From: a virus
Lineage: Duplodnaviria > Caudoviricetes
Virus record (IMG/VR): IMGVR_UViG_3300021387_000087
DNA length: 64,000 nucleotides
Strand: one strand, 5' to 3'
Shown: piece after piece, positions 21,716 through 33,129 of the stretch
Layout: each line of letters begins with the position of its first letter
Numbering within the stretch: the first letter of the stretch is position 1
Translations under genes and position numbers: made by a program
Notes under the pieces: model-generated
Database searches by the model: none
The model's input: only the letters and a program-made list of their open reading frames with translations
What the model was told of the DNA's origin: nothing

Positions 21716-21942
21716 TAAATTTAATTCTCCTTATAATTTAAACGTATGACAGCCTGTCATTATATCATAGAAAAATTCTTTTGCCCAAACAGCAGTAGGC
21801 TGATTATTTGCACCATGATATTGAATCCGTGCAAGATGATCTTTGTTATGTTCATATTCTCTAATTTGAATTATTTGTTGAACTGGAATTGCTACACGAA
21901 TGTTTGTATTTGCGTCAGTTACCATTAAAAATTTGTACTTGC

Positions 21943-22386
21943 TCATTTAATTACATGCTCCTTTACAAATTTATCTATTTCATCCTGTTGCTGTGTTAAT
22001 CCACGCTGAAGCTCGCTGATCAATGCCGCCTGTCGCTGAAGCTGTTCTTGTTGGGTTGTGCGTTTCTCAATATTTTTATAAAAATGCCGATATCGCCAGT
22101 AATCGGGGAATGTTTTAAAATCCGTAAGTATGTGTTTATAATGAATATCGTATTCGCTAAGTGCAAAATCTTCTGGCATTATATTATACAATTTAATAAA
22201 AGCACGATAGGAGAGTTTTGGGGTCGTTGAACTGACCTGACCCCACCAACTACAAAAATAATATAAAATAATAGTATCAATTACCCATATACCAATTGCT
22301 AATAAAACAATAAGAGGATTATTTACTTTAATTATCAATGTAACGGGCACTATATAAAAGAATATCATTGCTATAATTGTAATCAT
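21943..22386 (-). CDS. Membrane protein, paralog of 19280-19783
   Basis: Two TM segments; MPEDF, FKTFPDY, QAALISELQRGL. Confidence 0.65.
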   Translation of the reverse strand: MITIIAMIFFYIVPVTLIIKVNNPLIVLLAIGIWVIDTIILYYFCSWWGQVSSTTPKLSYRAFIKLYNIMPEDFALSEYDIHYKHILTDFKTFPDYWRYRHFYKNIEKRTTQQEQLQRQAALISELQRGLTQQQDEIDKFVKEHVIK

Positions 22387-22401
22387 TTATTTTTACCGCT
22401 C

Positions 22402-23840
22402 CTACCACTCAATATATGTTACATAACCACTGTCTGTCCAAGATGATGAATCCGTATCTATTGTATAACCAAGGTCTTCAAATGTGCTTTTTACAAAAGG
22501 GGAAAGCATGTCATAATATTCACACGATGTTTCACCTTTAAGAACGGCTTCTCCAATTTTATTATTAACGGCTTCGATCTCATCCTTATAACGATATATT
22601 ATTGAATATTCTCGTGCCTTTTTTGCACTGTACAGTTCGTTCATAAATTACCTCGCTGACTTTTACCAAGAGATCAGTGTCATACAGCCGTCATCAGACA
22701 AAATGGTCGGCTGCACCTTTACTGAGCAACCCTGTCTTTGCAGTTTTTTCTTGGTGTCTTTAGACACACGCTCATAAATAGTAACATTTGTCTTACCTGC
22801 TCTAACAGCCTTTTCGATTTCATCCTGCATCATTTTAAGTTCTTTTTCTGTATTTTTCATTTAATTATATTCTCCTTTACCAACTAATTTTTGTAGTATA
22901 ACCGTTGTCAATCCATGAACATTCTTCAATGGTCACTCGATAACCCAGTCCCTCAAGTTTGTTTTTTGCGTAATTAGAAATACGGTCATAAAATATAGTT
23001 TGCATATCTCCACAATCGACTGCTCTAATAATTACTTGATCAATAGCACGAATTTCATCCTTATATGCACTTTCTTCTGCGAGTTCACGCGCCTGTTTTG
23101 CTGTCCACATTTAAATCAACTCCTTTGCCCCAATTAATATATGTAATGTAACTGTTAATAATACGAACATTATAGCCCATGTCTTTTAATATCTGTTCAG
23201 CGGCTTCACTGATTTCTTCTTTGATCAGACAAGATGACGTGTGCATTTCTGCCGCAGTTCTAATTGTGTCTTCAATATATTTTAATTCTTCTGGATAAGT
23301 ACCTTGTGCAATACTGCGTGCATCTACTGCTGATATCATTTTATTTACCTCCAACTACCATTTAATTTTTGAAACAGGTTGAAGTCGAAGAATATCGCAA
23401 GGAATCCAATCCTCGGTTATTGTGTAGCCATTTGATTCATATTCTTTCTGAACATCAGGAGGAAGTACATCTTTAAATATATATTCCCGTTTCCCCTGAC
23501 AAGCAGCTATCATGATTCCTTTATCAAGATTGGATTCCATACTATATATTTTCTGTGCCAATTCTGCCGTTATCATTTTAACTACCCCCAACTACCATTT
23601 AATATATGTTATATAACCACGAAACTCTCCATCAGGTGCAAAATCTGTCTGCTCATATGTCGTATAACCTAATGTTTCAAGCCTGTCCTTTATATAATTA
23701 GAAATACGACTATGATAACAGATATACATCTTGCCTTTGTCAACAGCTTTATTTATTTCTTCTTCGATTGTCATCAGTTTATTTGACTCATTATTTGCGA
23801 GTGTTGCCAGTTCTCTTGCACGCTGTGCTGTTATTAGCAT
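22402..23840 (-). repeat. Six tandem paralogous small genes, terminal-Trp family (22402, 22663, 22877, 23085, 23355, 23592)
   Basis: Shared (T/S)A..ARE, I..AV..G, IS...K..LE.LGY, (Y/T)I.W pattern; five of the six end at that Trp. Confidence 0.75.
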
Positions 23841-23865
23841 TTCGCTCACCCTCCTTTTTAAACGT

Positions 23866-23894
23866 ATCATATAATAAAAGACGCCCACTGTCAA
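23866..23894 (-). promoter_or_regulatory. Sigma70-type promoter driving the paralog cluster
   Basis: TTGACA-N17-TATGAT on the minus strand, followed by AAGGAGG and an ATG near 23840. Confidence 0.75.
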
Positions 23895-23912
23895 TACTAT
23901 ATTTAATTATCA

Positions 23913-24911
23913 TTAGTCACGCCTGATATACGTATCCGCACACAATTCTATTAACGGCTGTTTGATCGGCTTACTTGTTGCCAGCGCCCAGCTATTAGCC
24001 CATGCCATCATCATTTGGTTCAATGATACCCCCGCCTCTTCAAGCTTGCGTGTGTCACGCTCAATCTGCCGTGCCATCCCTTCCTTAGTAAATATAATCT
24101 TAATGCAGTCAAATATCTGAAGATTTGGGTCTGCTGACAAATGGTGTAAGCGGTATAACTGTGCCGCACACTCTTTATAAAAGCGGTCATATAGATCAGA
24201 CCTGAATATTAACTGTCCCAGATTATCCAGTCCCAGTCGATCCAACTCAGTTCGCCTCACCCCCAGTATAATATCCGCTTCATCATCACTGGCAATTCGC
24301 GTTACCCCAAACTCTTTAATAAGGAAGCAATCTGAATAAATAATAAAAGACTGCTGCTGAAGACGAGTCAGTGCACGCCTGAATATATTATTTAATTGTG
24401 AGTACGACTGACGGAAGAATGTCTGTATATTATATTGGATAACATCTTCAGGCGGCTTCCCAAACGGGTAGAGTGGCGTCAGATCAACCGTGGCTGGAAA
24501 TTGGGCAGTTTTGTGAGAAAGTGACAGGTATTCAGGACTGACCATATTAAGCTGCTCCCACCATTTTTTACGACCCAGAACGGCTGTGTTATTTTCCTGT
24601 TGGAGAAGATAATTTAATAATAGAATTTTAATTAATTTGTCATATTTAGTACTACGCTCGTCTGGCAGAGGTTGAGCATAGATTTCAGTTATGTAATAGA
24701 GACAGTCCTTAGGATCATAAATAAAGGACGCAAACTGAGATAGACGTCTGTTAAATGCTGTTCTGGAGTTGCCCCTTAAGTTTGATTGGTCAAATATCCG
24801 ACAGATTTCGGTAGAAGAGTAAATGGTATCCGGTGTCAGATTTTGGACAGTTTCTTGTGTAATGTTATAATCTTTCATATTTTTACTACTCCTTTCGTTT
24901 GTATTGTACAC
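23913..24911 (-). CDS. Hypothetical 332-aa protein next to the divergence region, possibly DNA-binding
   Basis: Long ORF; RBS before the internal MKDY; function inferred only from position. Confidence 0.6.
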   Translation of the reverse strand: MYNTNERSSKNMKDYNITQETVQNLTPDTIYSSTEICRIFDQSNLRGNSRTAFNRRLSQFASFIYDPKDCLYYITEIYAQPLPDERSTKYDKLIKILLLNYLLQQENNTAVLGRKKWWEQLNMVSPEYLSLSHKTAQFPATVDLTPLYPFGKPPEDVIQYNIQTFFRQSYSQLNNIFRRALTRLQQQSFIIYSDCFLIKEFGVTRIASDDEADIILGVRRTELDRLGLDNLGQLIFRSDLYDRFYKECAAQLYRLHHLSADPNLQIFDCIKIIFTKEGMARQIERDTRKLEEAGVSLNQMMMAWANSWALATSKPIKQPLIELCADTYIRRD

Positions 24912-24965
24912 ATCTGAAGATGTATCACAAAATTATATAATTTAATTAGTGTTTTTATTTGTACA

Positions 24966-25076
24966 TTCAAAAAGTCCAATGTTTTCAGTAGGGGGTATAC
25001 AAAATTTGAATATAGGAGAGTATTTACTATATTCATTTTTCGTATACCCCCCCCTGATTTTATTGGGTTTTTTGAA
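24966..25076. repeat. ~110-bp imperfect palindrome
   Basis: TTCAAAAA..CCAAT..CAG..GGGGGTATAC..TGAATATAG / CTATATTCA..GTATACCCCC..CTG..ATTGG..TTTTTGAA. Confidence 0.8.
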
Positions 25077-25189
25077 GGTCAAATTGTACTACAATTTTGG
25101 GGGTCAAAAGGGGCTGTAAAACATTGGGTAAAATGAACTAGATAATTTTAACAGAATGTACAATATGAGTCCCCTATTCCCATGATGTT

Positions 25190-25218
25190 AGTATAGCAGA
25201 TATGTGTCAAGGTGTCAA
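25190..25218 (-). promoter_or_regulatory. Sigma70-type promoter
   Basis: TTGACA-N17-TATACT on the minus strand. Confidence 0.7.
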
Positions 25219-25262
25219 GTGATAGTTAAAATATCGGCATTTGTCGGAATTAAAGATGGGGA

Positions 25263-25301
25263 TGTGGATCATGTGGATAATGTGGATAAGTATGTGGATA
25301 A
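25263..25301. promoter_or_regulatory. Cluster of DnaA boxes
   Basis: TGTGGATAA (reverse complement of TTATCCACA) perfect at 25272, 25281 and 25293; 8/9 match at 25263. Confidence 0.75.
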
Positions 25302-26370
25302 AATTAAATAATTTATTGGGAAATGAGAAATAGAGCGTATGGGGATAAAACTGGTAGGGGGAAGGGGGTATGTAAATTGATTAGTGGTTTTGATTTTATT
25401 GTGGAATAGAGGTGGAATGGAATCGGTGGTGTGTGGATGAAGGACATTCCCCTGGGATCCAGTCCTGGAGCGGGTTAGCGGTTACAAATACCCCCCTTTA
25501 AAACTCGTGTAAATTATGATTTAAGTTAGGTTAGAAATATGGTGTAATAATAGTGTAAAAAGAATTTTCGCACGAAAAAGGCACGCGGTTCGTGCACGTG
25601 CGAAAAAACGTTTTGCGGACTGCATGCCCTGCATGCACTCCAAACACATTGAACACAACCCTAACGCGTGCGCTTGTTACGAGAACGCAAGCGCAGTAGC
25701 CATAGACAAGCCTAACACGCTTGTTAAATATTCATTGCTATAGGAATGAACGCGTTATATAGGGACTACAATTGAAACACGGCAGGCAGTAGCCGTAAAA
25801 GGACTATTGAAACAAGCGCATAGAATCACGTGATAGTAACGCGCATGATAGATAGAACCGTTCAATCCATACTGCGCAGGCATGCAATGCAAGACAGTTA
25901 CTTTACTAACGCGGTTGATGCATCCATTTTTCCGAACGCAAAACCGCCAACTCACGCGCAGGTTAGACGCGCAGTCCATAAACGGCTACAGCCATACGAC
26001 AGTGGGAATAGCACTGTAAAGCCCTATCTCGACAGGGCGGTTTACACGTTCGAGACTTCATAATTTATTCGCTTATGTTATACGGCAGAAACACTGCCTA
26101 TGCATACGCAGGATAGCTGATTTAAAACATAGTGACTTGTAACACGGTAAAACGTGTGCGGACGGTAAAACGTCCTAACTATAATTTTAGATTTTGCCCT
26201 GCGATTAAGGAATAAGCGCGTACACGGTATGATTGTATTCTGTGCAGACTCATTAACCTATAGCCATACGGCAGGATACAAACATACGCGTTAAACGTGA
26301 ACACTTAATAGTACGAAGTACATGTTAAAAGTATCATGTATGTATTGAATAGTAGTTATTCAATCTGTAC

Positions 26371-27105
26371 ATGATACTTTTAAAGTATCTGAAAAACTAT
26401 CATTATTTTATTTTTAGCGCACTGCGCAGGAAGGAAGGTATCATGGGTATCAAAAAGAACATTGTCAAGGCTATGGCTACTACTAATTTTAATGCTACAC
26501 TTTTCACTTATGCGGAAAATATCGAAACTATCCGCACTAATGCGTCTATCGAATTGGATATTCTCGCACAGTGGGACGCGGATCACAACTATGCAGATAC
26601 TGTGCGTGCAGGTCTGAAAAAGCACGCAACCATTGAGCAGAAAAAGCGTGCAGAAGATATCAAAATTGCACGTGCAGAATATCGTGAGTCCCTGCCGTAT
26701 GCGGATATTATCCGCGGACTGAACGCGGACTGTGCAAAAGCGGTTACTGCACTGTGTGGCGCGAAAAAGTCTGCACGCTATGCACTTGTTGAAACTGCAT
26801 ACAATGAGTATGTCAAGACGGCAGGCAGTTTTTCCGCAACACATAATAGCTTCGAGACAGCACTCGGAAACATCCTGCTTAATGCGGACGGTCTTAATCT
26901 GCGCACTGACGCAAAAACTGCACGTAATATGGCAGGCAGGCTTGCTAACATGTTCGGCGTTTCCTGCGCGTCTACTACTGCACTCGGAAAAGGTACGGAC
27001 GTTTCCGGTCTGTCTGTGCTTACGCTTGCACAGTTTAGAAAACTGCTTGTGCGCGGTCTGTCTGCGCTTGCTGTTTCTGGTACTGTTGATATTTCTGCAC
27101 AGTAA
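26371..27105 (+). CDS. Hypothetical Ala-rich protein, first gene of the rightward arm
   Basis: AAGGAAGG RBS before the ATG at 26443 (probable true start); followed by a terminator. Confidence 0.7.
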   Translation: MILLKYLKNYHYFIFSALRRKEGIMGIKKNIVKAMATTNFNATLFTYAENIETIRTNASIELDILAQWDADHNYADTVRAGLKKHATIEQKKRAEDIKIARAEYRESLPYADIIRGLNADCAKAVTALCGAKKSARYALVETAYNEYVKTAGSFSATHNSFETALGNILLNADGLNLRTDAKTARNMAGRLANMFGVSCASTTALGKGTDVSGLSVLTLAQFRKLLVRGLSALAVSGTVDISAQ

Positions 27106-27140
27106 AATACTGACACGCACAAATTAATTGCGGGCAAATT

Positions 27141-27183
27141 AAAACCCACGAACCACGCGCAAAGTGTAGTTCGTGGGTTTTTG
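27141..27183 (+). terminator. Rho-independent terminator
   Basis: AAAACCCACGAAC...GTTCGTGGGTTTTT. Confidence 0.75.
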
Positions 27184-27605
27184 TATGTTCACAATTAACC
27201 ACAATAACTTTAAGGAAGGAAGGTATAAACTATGTTACACGAACTTGAAAACATGACATTATGCGAGTATAGGATCAACGCTATGGATGTCTTGCGCGAT
27301 TATAAGCCCTATGTGCCCGCGCCCGTCTGGGAGTCCGCATATATGGACATTATCATGGCTTTTGATGAGTCTACTATCACACGCGCCCTGACTACATGCC
27401 GTAATGCACTTTGATTGATACCCGCGCCCGCTACGAGTTAACAATCTCATTTTAAGGAAGGAATGTATTATGTTTAATTTTTTTGATTGTGTTCGATATC
27501 CCATTATGTCAGGCAGGATCATTCTGTCTGGAGACAATGTAGCAGAGTATCTCCGTCTGGAAATTCGCAATTTCCAGTGGGGCATTTAATAAAGGGGGGA
27601 TCCAT

Positions 27606-27944
27606 ATGTCTATTTCTAAAAGCACTTGTGAGTCCGCGATTGCACGCACTATCCGCGCACTTAGTCCGCTTTGCGGAAAGACGTTTTCTGTCAAAGATAC
27701 GAGTGATCCGTTTTATGGGGTCTATGAGTATACCATTACAGCCACGGGCAAGGACATGTCCGCGCATGTTTTGCCCTACCTGTCAGACATGCGAATGTTT
27801 GACTACGATGAGGATTATTGGACAAAAAAGTTCGGTGAGTCCGTGCCTCATCTTAAACCACGCAAGAAGTATGTGATTCAGATTCACGATACGTTCTGCT
27901 ATCGCTTTAAACAGGGTATGGTAGTAGACGGTTATCTTCTCTAA
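27606..27944 (+). CDS. Hypothetical protein
   Basis: ORF with G-rich RBS; shares FGESVP with the next gene. Confidence 0.6.
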   Translation: MSISKSTCESAIARTIRALSPLCGKTFSVKDTSDPFYGVYEYTITATGKDMSAHVLPYLSDMRMFDYDEDYWTKKFGESVPHLKPRKKYVIQIHDTFCYRFKQGMVVDGYLL

Positions 27945-28062
27945 AAATGTCCGCACTATCGGACTCCGTCCGTCCATTTGGTGTATGCTTTATGGTCTGG
28001 CGTGATAGCGGTTCGACTCCGTAAAGTGCAATCGCGCACATTGTGCGCAATATCCGTTTAAT

Positions 28063-28761
28063 GTGAGCACACTGTTTTGGCGTGCTTTTTTAGTGCCCGA
28101 AAATTCGGGGAAAGGAGTAAACATGTCATTCGAATTTGGTCAGGATGTAGTATTCACAGAGTTAATGCTTTATGCTCCCATGGATATTTTAGAGCAGATT
28201 GCAGAAGCACAGAGGGAGTCTATCCTTGCGGACATGCAGGAAGAAGACGCCGAGATTTTCGGGGAGTCTGTCCCTGTCCACACTGGACGCAAGCTGTCCC
28301 GCAAACAGCGCCGTGCTGCCCGCCGTGTTCAGAACGCACGACACAAACAGTCTGACCGCAAGCACGGCAAGCGCCACGGGGACAAATATCTGGAATCCCT
28401 GTCCCGCAAGAAGTATCTGGAAGCGGATAACTATGATCATCCGACTTTCAGAGTGGAAAAGGGCAAGCTGCGCCCTATTAAAGACGTGAAGCGTGCACGG
28501 GAAACGGCAAAAGCTCATGATGCATTGGATATTTCCCGTGTGGAACGTCTGACCGCTTCTGTGCTTGCCCACATGTCGAATCACGTTTTCATGTGGGATG
28601 AACAGATTGTCTGGGATCTGACGGAAGCCCTGTGTGAAGAATACAGACAGGTGTTTCCTGACGATTCTTATATTTGCGTTTATGGAAAGCATGTATACCT
28701 GTACATGCAGTACATGGACGGAAGCATTATGGTGGATGAACGGCGCTATACCCTGCGATAA
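28063..28761 (+). CDS. Hypothetical protein
   Basis: AAGGAG RBS before the internal MSFEF. Confidence 0.65.
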   Translation: MSTLFWRAFLVPENSGKGVNMSFEFGQDVVFTELMLYAPMDILEQIAEAQRESILADMQEEDAEIFGESVPVHTGRKLSRKQRRAARRVQNARHKQSDRKHGKRHGDKYLESLSRKKYLEADNYDHPTFRVEKGKLRPIKDVKRARETAKAHDALDISRVERLTASVLAHMSNHVFMWDEQIVWDLTEALCEEYRQVFPDDSYICVYGKHVYLYMQYMDGSIMVDERRYTLR

Positions 28762-29858
28762 CGTTTGATCCATCATAGCCGACACACAAACAGACGTAAA
28801 CAGAAATTGTTTGTGTGTCGTAATGTAGGATTAAACACACTCAAAAAGGAAAGGGGATTACCATGTTTAAGTTTTTTGAAGTATCAAGCATCAATGAAAC
28901 AGAAGCTCGTTTTCTGGTTCATGTCCCGCATAAATCTGTCCCTGCAACGGAAACAGAAGTGTTTTTCTGTGGTCATCTCCTGCGCAGATACGGAAATGAC
29001 TGGGAAATTGATGGAGAATATTCCCTCTGTACTCCAGACGGGCAGGAGTGTTTTGAGGTTCATTTGGATAAAGAAAAGGAAACATATGAGATTGACTTCT
29101 TCAGTTTCCATAAATAATCCACTGTTTCTACAGCCATAGACGTTGTACGAAGTCTAAAAGGCAAACGGACTTCGTACAACGGAATGGAAGTATAAACACG
29201 TCACACAAAAGAAAGGAGATTACCATGTATCATTACGGATACGAGTCTGAACCGAAAATGATTCAGGCAATCGCACATATAGTGCGCACGAAAGGATGTG
29301 TCGTAGAACACATGTTAGAGTGTGGCAAGGGAGTCATGTCTCTGAACGGATTCCGTGTGGAGACGTTTTACAACAAGGAAATGGGATTCTATTTCCTGTG
29401 CGACTAAGTGAAAGGAGCAACGCAAATGAAAAGAACAAAACAGGCACAGGCAATCGTGAATTCCGTTAATGAGTATCTGCGAAACAACCACGTCAAAACG
29501 GAAAGCGATCCTGTGTTCGTGGTCATGTCACACGCCCTGATTGAAGCGAAGTGCTATCAGGGGTTCAACTATTTCACTACTGACGGAAGACTGTCTGGTG
29601 GTGAGAATGAGAAGTTCGACCACTTGAGATTTTATTAAAAGGAGTACGCATGAAAAAGGCAAACGAAGAACATCCCGTTCACATTGTCTTATGTGACCAT
29701 TCAAAGAATGCACGCAAGGTAAGCATGTTCGCACAGAAAACAGAAAAATATGCCCCGACTCCTGTTTTCAAAAACGGAAACATCGGAGAGTTTCAAGGAT
29801 ATATCTTTGTTCCTGAATATGCAGTTTGTCATGGCACATGGAATGAAAGGAGATCATT

Positions 29859-30176
29859 ATGGCAAACAAAAATGTAGAAGTAACCCGTATTCGCTACGGT
29901 ATTCACAGTATCGTTAAAGTAACCTGCAAGGGATACAAAGACGAAACTGTATATCAGGGTGCGTATCTCGTAACTATCCTGACTGTAGATAATCCCGAAA
30001 GCGAAATCATTCAGCAGATTCTGGATGATATTAAGGGAATCAAAGGGATTGACGGAAAGCCCCGCATCAATACTGTCACAATGTATACGGAAGACGATTA
30101 TGGCGAACGCCATATCTTCTTTGACATGGATGATTGCGAGTCTGTAATTTTTGGAAAGGAAGGTGAGAATAAATGA
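29859..30176 (+). CDS. Hypothetical protein
   Basis: AAGGAG RBS. Confidence 0.6.
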   Translation: MANKNVEVTRIRYGIHSIVKVTCKGYKDETVYQGAYLVTILTVDNPESEIIQQILDDIKGIKGIDGKPRINTVTMYTEDDYGERHIFFDMDDCESVIFGKEGENK

Positions 30177-30830
30177 CCAGAGAAGAGAAAATAATTCAGG
30201 CAAACCGTGACTATGAGGAAGCTAAACAGCTTCTCAATGTCCAGTATGCTGAAAAATTTGGGGAACTTCCCGTATCTGAATGCGGGGAAGTATACGCAAA
30301 AGATGTTCTCGCCCTGAATGAATGGGCTGAGAACGAAAGCAAACGAATATTAAATGAGTGGGCTAATAAAGTAGTCCACGCCTAAAGGAAAGGAGATACC
30401 ATGTCCACAAAGGAAATCCGCAACGCAACCATTAACGAATACCGCTGGCTGTACAGAATCGCCGTGAATAATGGAGACTGGTTCATGGCTGAGTATTATG
30501 ACAGCCTGATCGAAGAACTTGGAGAGGAGAAAGAGAAATGATTATCATGTATGAAATCTATTACAAATTTCCGGGAGATAATTTCAAAGAAACCCACTAT
30601 CACAGTCGTGTATTGTACAGGGAAACGGCTGTTTTTATATGCGACAAATTGAAAGCTGAGGGTAAAAAGCCTTGGTTCCAGTTAGTGAAAGTCGAGTTCT
30701 AATCAGATTCCACGCACACAATCCACAAGAGAACGTAGAATGGATTGTGTGCGTCAATGTGAAGAGAACTCTTCACAAGAGAAAATTATTTAATTTAGTT
30801 TAAGGGCATAACCCCAGAAAGGAAAACACT

Positions 30831-32042
30831 ATGGCAAACTTTGGAAACATCATCAATCTCAGCAGCAACAACGCAAACGCAAATGTAGAAAGAGTAGAGG
30901 GAGAAGTTATGAGCACACCGATCATCATGGGCAACGCAAATGTATTTCAGGCACCTATGAGTAAACCTGTAACCATTCCGACAATTATTGTTCCTGAAGA
31001 CAAACAGCTTGAAGCAAAAATGCTTCTGGAGCAGTTGAAGCAAGACTGGCAGACCGCAAGGCAAACAAGCGGTATGTACGGAATGTACAGAGACCGCACG
31101 ATTCTGACAACACATTGGGATTGGGAGAACAGAAGAGATGTCACTCTTGTTGGTGCACCTGTTCCTGAGGGCATGAAAGATCTGGATATGGTACGTAAGT
31201 TGTGCGACCATGATTGGGACGTAGAAGAGAATCCTATCTCTGATAATTACGGAGAACTCGCAGGATTCAAGTCCATTCGCAGATCTGACCATATCAAAGG
31301 AAAAGACGGACGTGGTCTTCTTCATGTTGCCAACGGAAAGTACACCTGCGTAACAAATGAAACCTTTTATAAGTTCGCTCAGGAACTGATCAACTTCGGT
31401 TTTAATTGCAGAAATGGCGGCACGTTCAATGACGGACAGATGCTGTTTCTCAGCATGAAGGCAGATGGATATCAGATTTGCGGTGAACCATTCGAGAACT
31501 ATGCAGTGCTGTCCAACTCCAACAACGGAATGAAACCATTTGCACTGTATTATACAGATGTCCGTATCATCTGCCTGAACACTTATATGTGCGCAACACA
31601 GGCAAAAAACGCTGTATTCAGTGTGCGTCATACCGCCAACGCAGATTGGTATATTGAAGCCGCTGTTGAAGCAATGAGGGTGCAGAATGATCATAAACTG
31701 GAGTTCAAGCGAAACATGGAAGCGTTGGCAATGAAGCCTGTGCAGGATGCGGATGTTTGGGAAATGGCAAAGGCAGCTTTCCCCATCAAAAAGGGAGATG
31801 AAAATAAGGTGCGTGCTCTCAAATCTACTATGGACGCACGAAATGAATTCATGTTCCGCTATATGGAAGCACCCGACCTTGCAGAACATCATGGAACTGC
31901 TTATGGGGCACTTGGTGCGGCTACCGATTATGCCGACCATAGGGAAAGGAAAGCTACAAAGAACAGCGAAAGCAATCAGTTCAGGGATATGCTCGGACGT
32001 CCTACATTCGGAGCATGGGCATATGACTATCTGACCCGCTGA
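30831..32042 (+). CDS. DUF932/DUF945-family protein
   Basis: GGTFNDGQMLF, LSNSNNG, TDVRIICLNT, SVRHT and GTAYGALGAATDYADH motifs. Confidence 0.8.
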   Translation: MANFGNIINLSSNNANANVERVEGEVMSTPIIMGNANVFQAPMSKPVTIPTIIVPEDKQLEAKMLLEQLKQDWQTARQTSGMYGMYRDRTILTTHWDWENRRDVTLVGAPVPEGMKDLDMVRKLCDHDWDVEENPISDNYGELAGFKSIRRSDHIKGKDGRGLLHVANGKYTCVTNETFYKFAQELINFGFNCRNGGTFNDGQMLFLSMKADGYQICGEPFENYAVLSNSNNGMKPFALYYTDVRIICLNTYMCATQAKNAVFSVRHTANADWYIEAAVEAMRVQNDHKLEFKRNMEALAMKPVQDADVWEMAKAAFPIKKGDENKVRALKSTMDARNEFMFRYMEAPDLAEHHGTAYGALGAATDYADHRERKATKNSESNQFRDMLGRPTFGAWAYDYLTR

Positions 32043-32050
32043 CGCAAACC

Positions 32051-32103
32051 AATGTCCACTATTATTAACCAATATCCACGTTGTGTTAATAATAGTGGAC
32101 ATT
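32051..32103. terminator. 19-bp perfect inverted repeat (terminator or processing stem)
   Basis: AATGTCCACTATTATTAAC / GTTAATAATAGTGGACATT. Confidence 0.6.
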
Positions 32104-32172
32104 AATTAAAACTAAATAAAGCAAAACAAAAATTAAAATAAACTTTTTAAAAGAGAAAGAGAGGATTTCATT

Positions 32173-33129
32173 ATGATGTTCAATTCCACAAACAACGCAA
32201 CCGTTCTTGACATGACCGCTATTCTTTTCAACACAGTTATGACCAATGTCCAGAAAATCGGAGAGGATTCTTTTATAGCATCTATCCCGATGGCACTTCT
32301 GGATTATGATTCTGCTTATCAGAGACAGGCAAACCCCAACAGAATCAAAAAACTGTCTGATGGATGGAAGAAAGGTCTGTGTGGTATGCCGCAGGTATCC
32401 CCTCACACTGAGGAAAATAAATTCTATGTATATAATGGAGCACATAGAATTCATGTTCTTGCAAATCAGGGAAAAGATTCTGTTGTCTGTGAAGTTAATA
32501 TGGACTTCATTAACATGTCCCCTGAAGAGAGACAGAAAGCAGAAGCAGAATTATTTGCGGCACAGTACGATTGTGTTGATCGTCTGACATCTGTACAGAA
32601 GCACAGAGTTAATGTTCTTCTTGGTGTACCCGCAAATGTATATGTACATAATCTGTGCCTGAAATACAATATCCACGATGGTACAGATGAATTAGAAGAA
32701 CAGAGAACTGGTGCCCGTTCTAAAGCGGCAAATACACTGACGGGATTATGGGCAGCGATTGCTATCGCCCAGAAAAAGAGAAATCATTTAGACGATGTAT
32801 TCAAAACAATTTGTTCTTGTGGATGGAATGAGGGATACGATGGTTTTAAAGCCTGTGTTATTCAGGCATTGGAAACCGTTTTTGTGAATCATCCCGACAG
32901 AAAACATGAAATTATGAAAGCTATGCATGATTGGATTAGGCAGAACGGAGATGATAAGCCGGGTATTCCTGAAAAGGTAATTGAAGCTGGAGCTACAGAA
33001 AAATATAATGGGTGGTCAACAAAATCCGCACAAATGGCATTGTATATTGAAGATTATTTACACACAGCAATCGATTTGCCTTATACCTATACTGGTAGAA
33101 CAGAATTAAATCTCGTGAAAGGAGCATAA
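32173..33129 (+). CDS. ParB/Srx-like N-terminal domain protein
   Basis: DSAYQR...FYVYNGAHR, a variant of the DGxHR motif. Confidence 0.6.
   Translation: MMFNSTNNATVLDMTAILFNTVMTNVQKIGEDSFIASIPMALLDYDSAYQRQANPNRIKKLSDGWKKGLCGMPQVSPHTEENKFYVYNGAHRIHVLANQGKDSVVCEVNMDFINMSPEERQKAEAELFAAQYDCVDRLTSVQKHRVNVLLGVPANVYVHNLCLKYNIHDGTDELEEQRTGARSKAANTLTGLWAAIAIAQKKRNHLDDVFKTICSCGWNEGYDGFKACVIQALETVFVNHPDRKHEIMKAMHDWIRQNGDDKPGIPEKVIEAGATEKYNGWSTKSAQMALYIEDYLHTAIDLPYTYTGRTELNLVKGA

Noticed and set aside
27985-28032. tRNA suggested by GCGGTTCGACTCCG
   Set aside because: Only a T-arm-like hairpin; no D or anticodon arm could be built.
30795-32102. Long antisense ORFs (also 26380-27120, 34951-35751, 60616-61332)
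   Set aside because: Shadows of well-supported plus-strand genes, with no recognisable motifs.
33062-33070. Other ACAGCAA heptamers (also near 49597 and 61911)
   Set aside because: Inside coding sequence with no preceding helix; chance matches.
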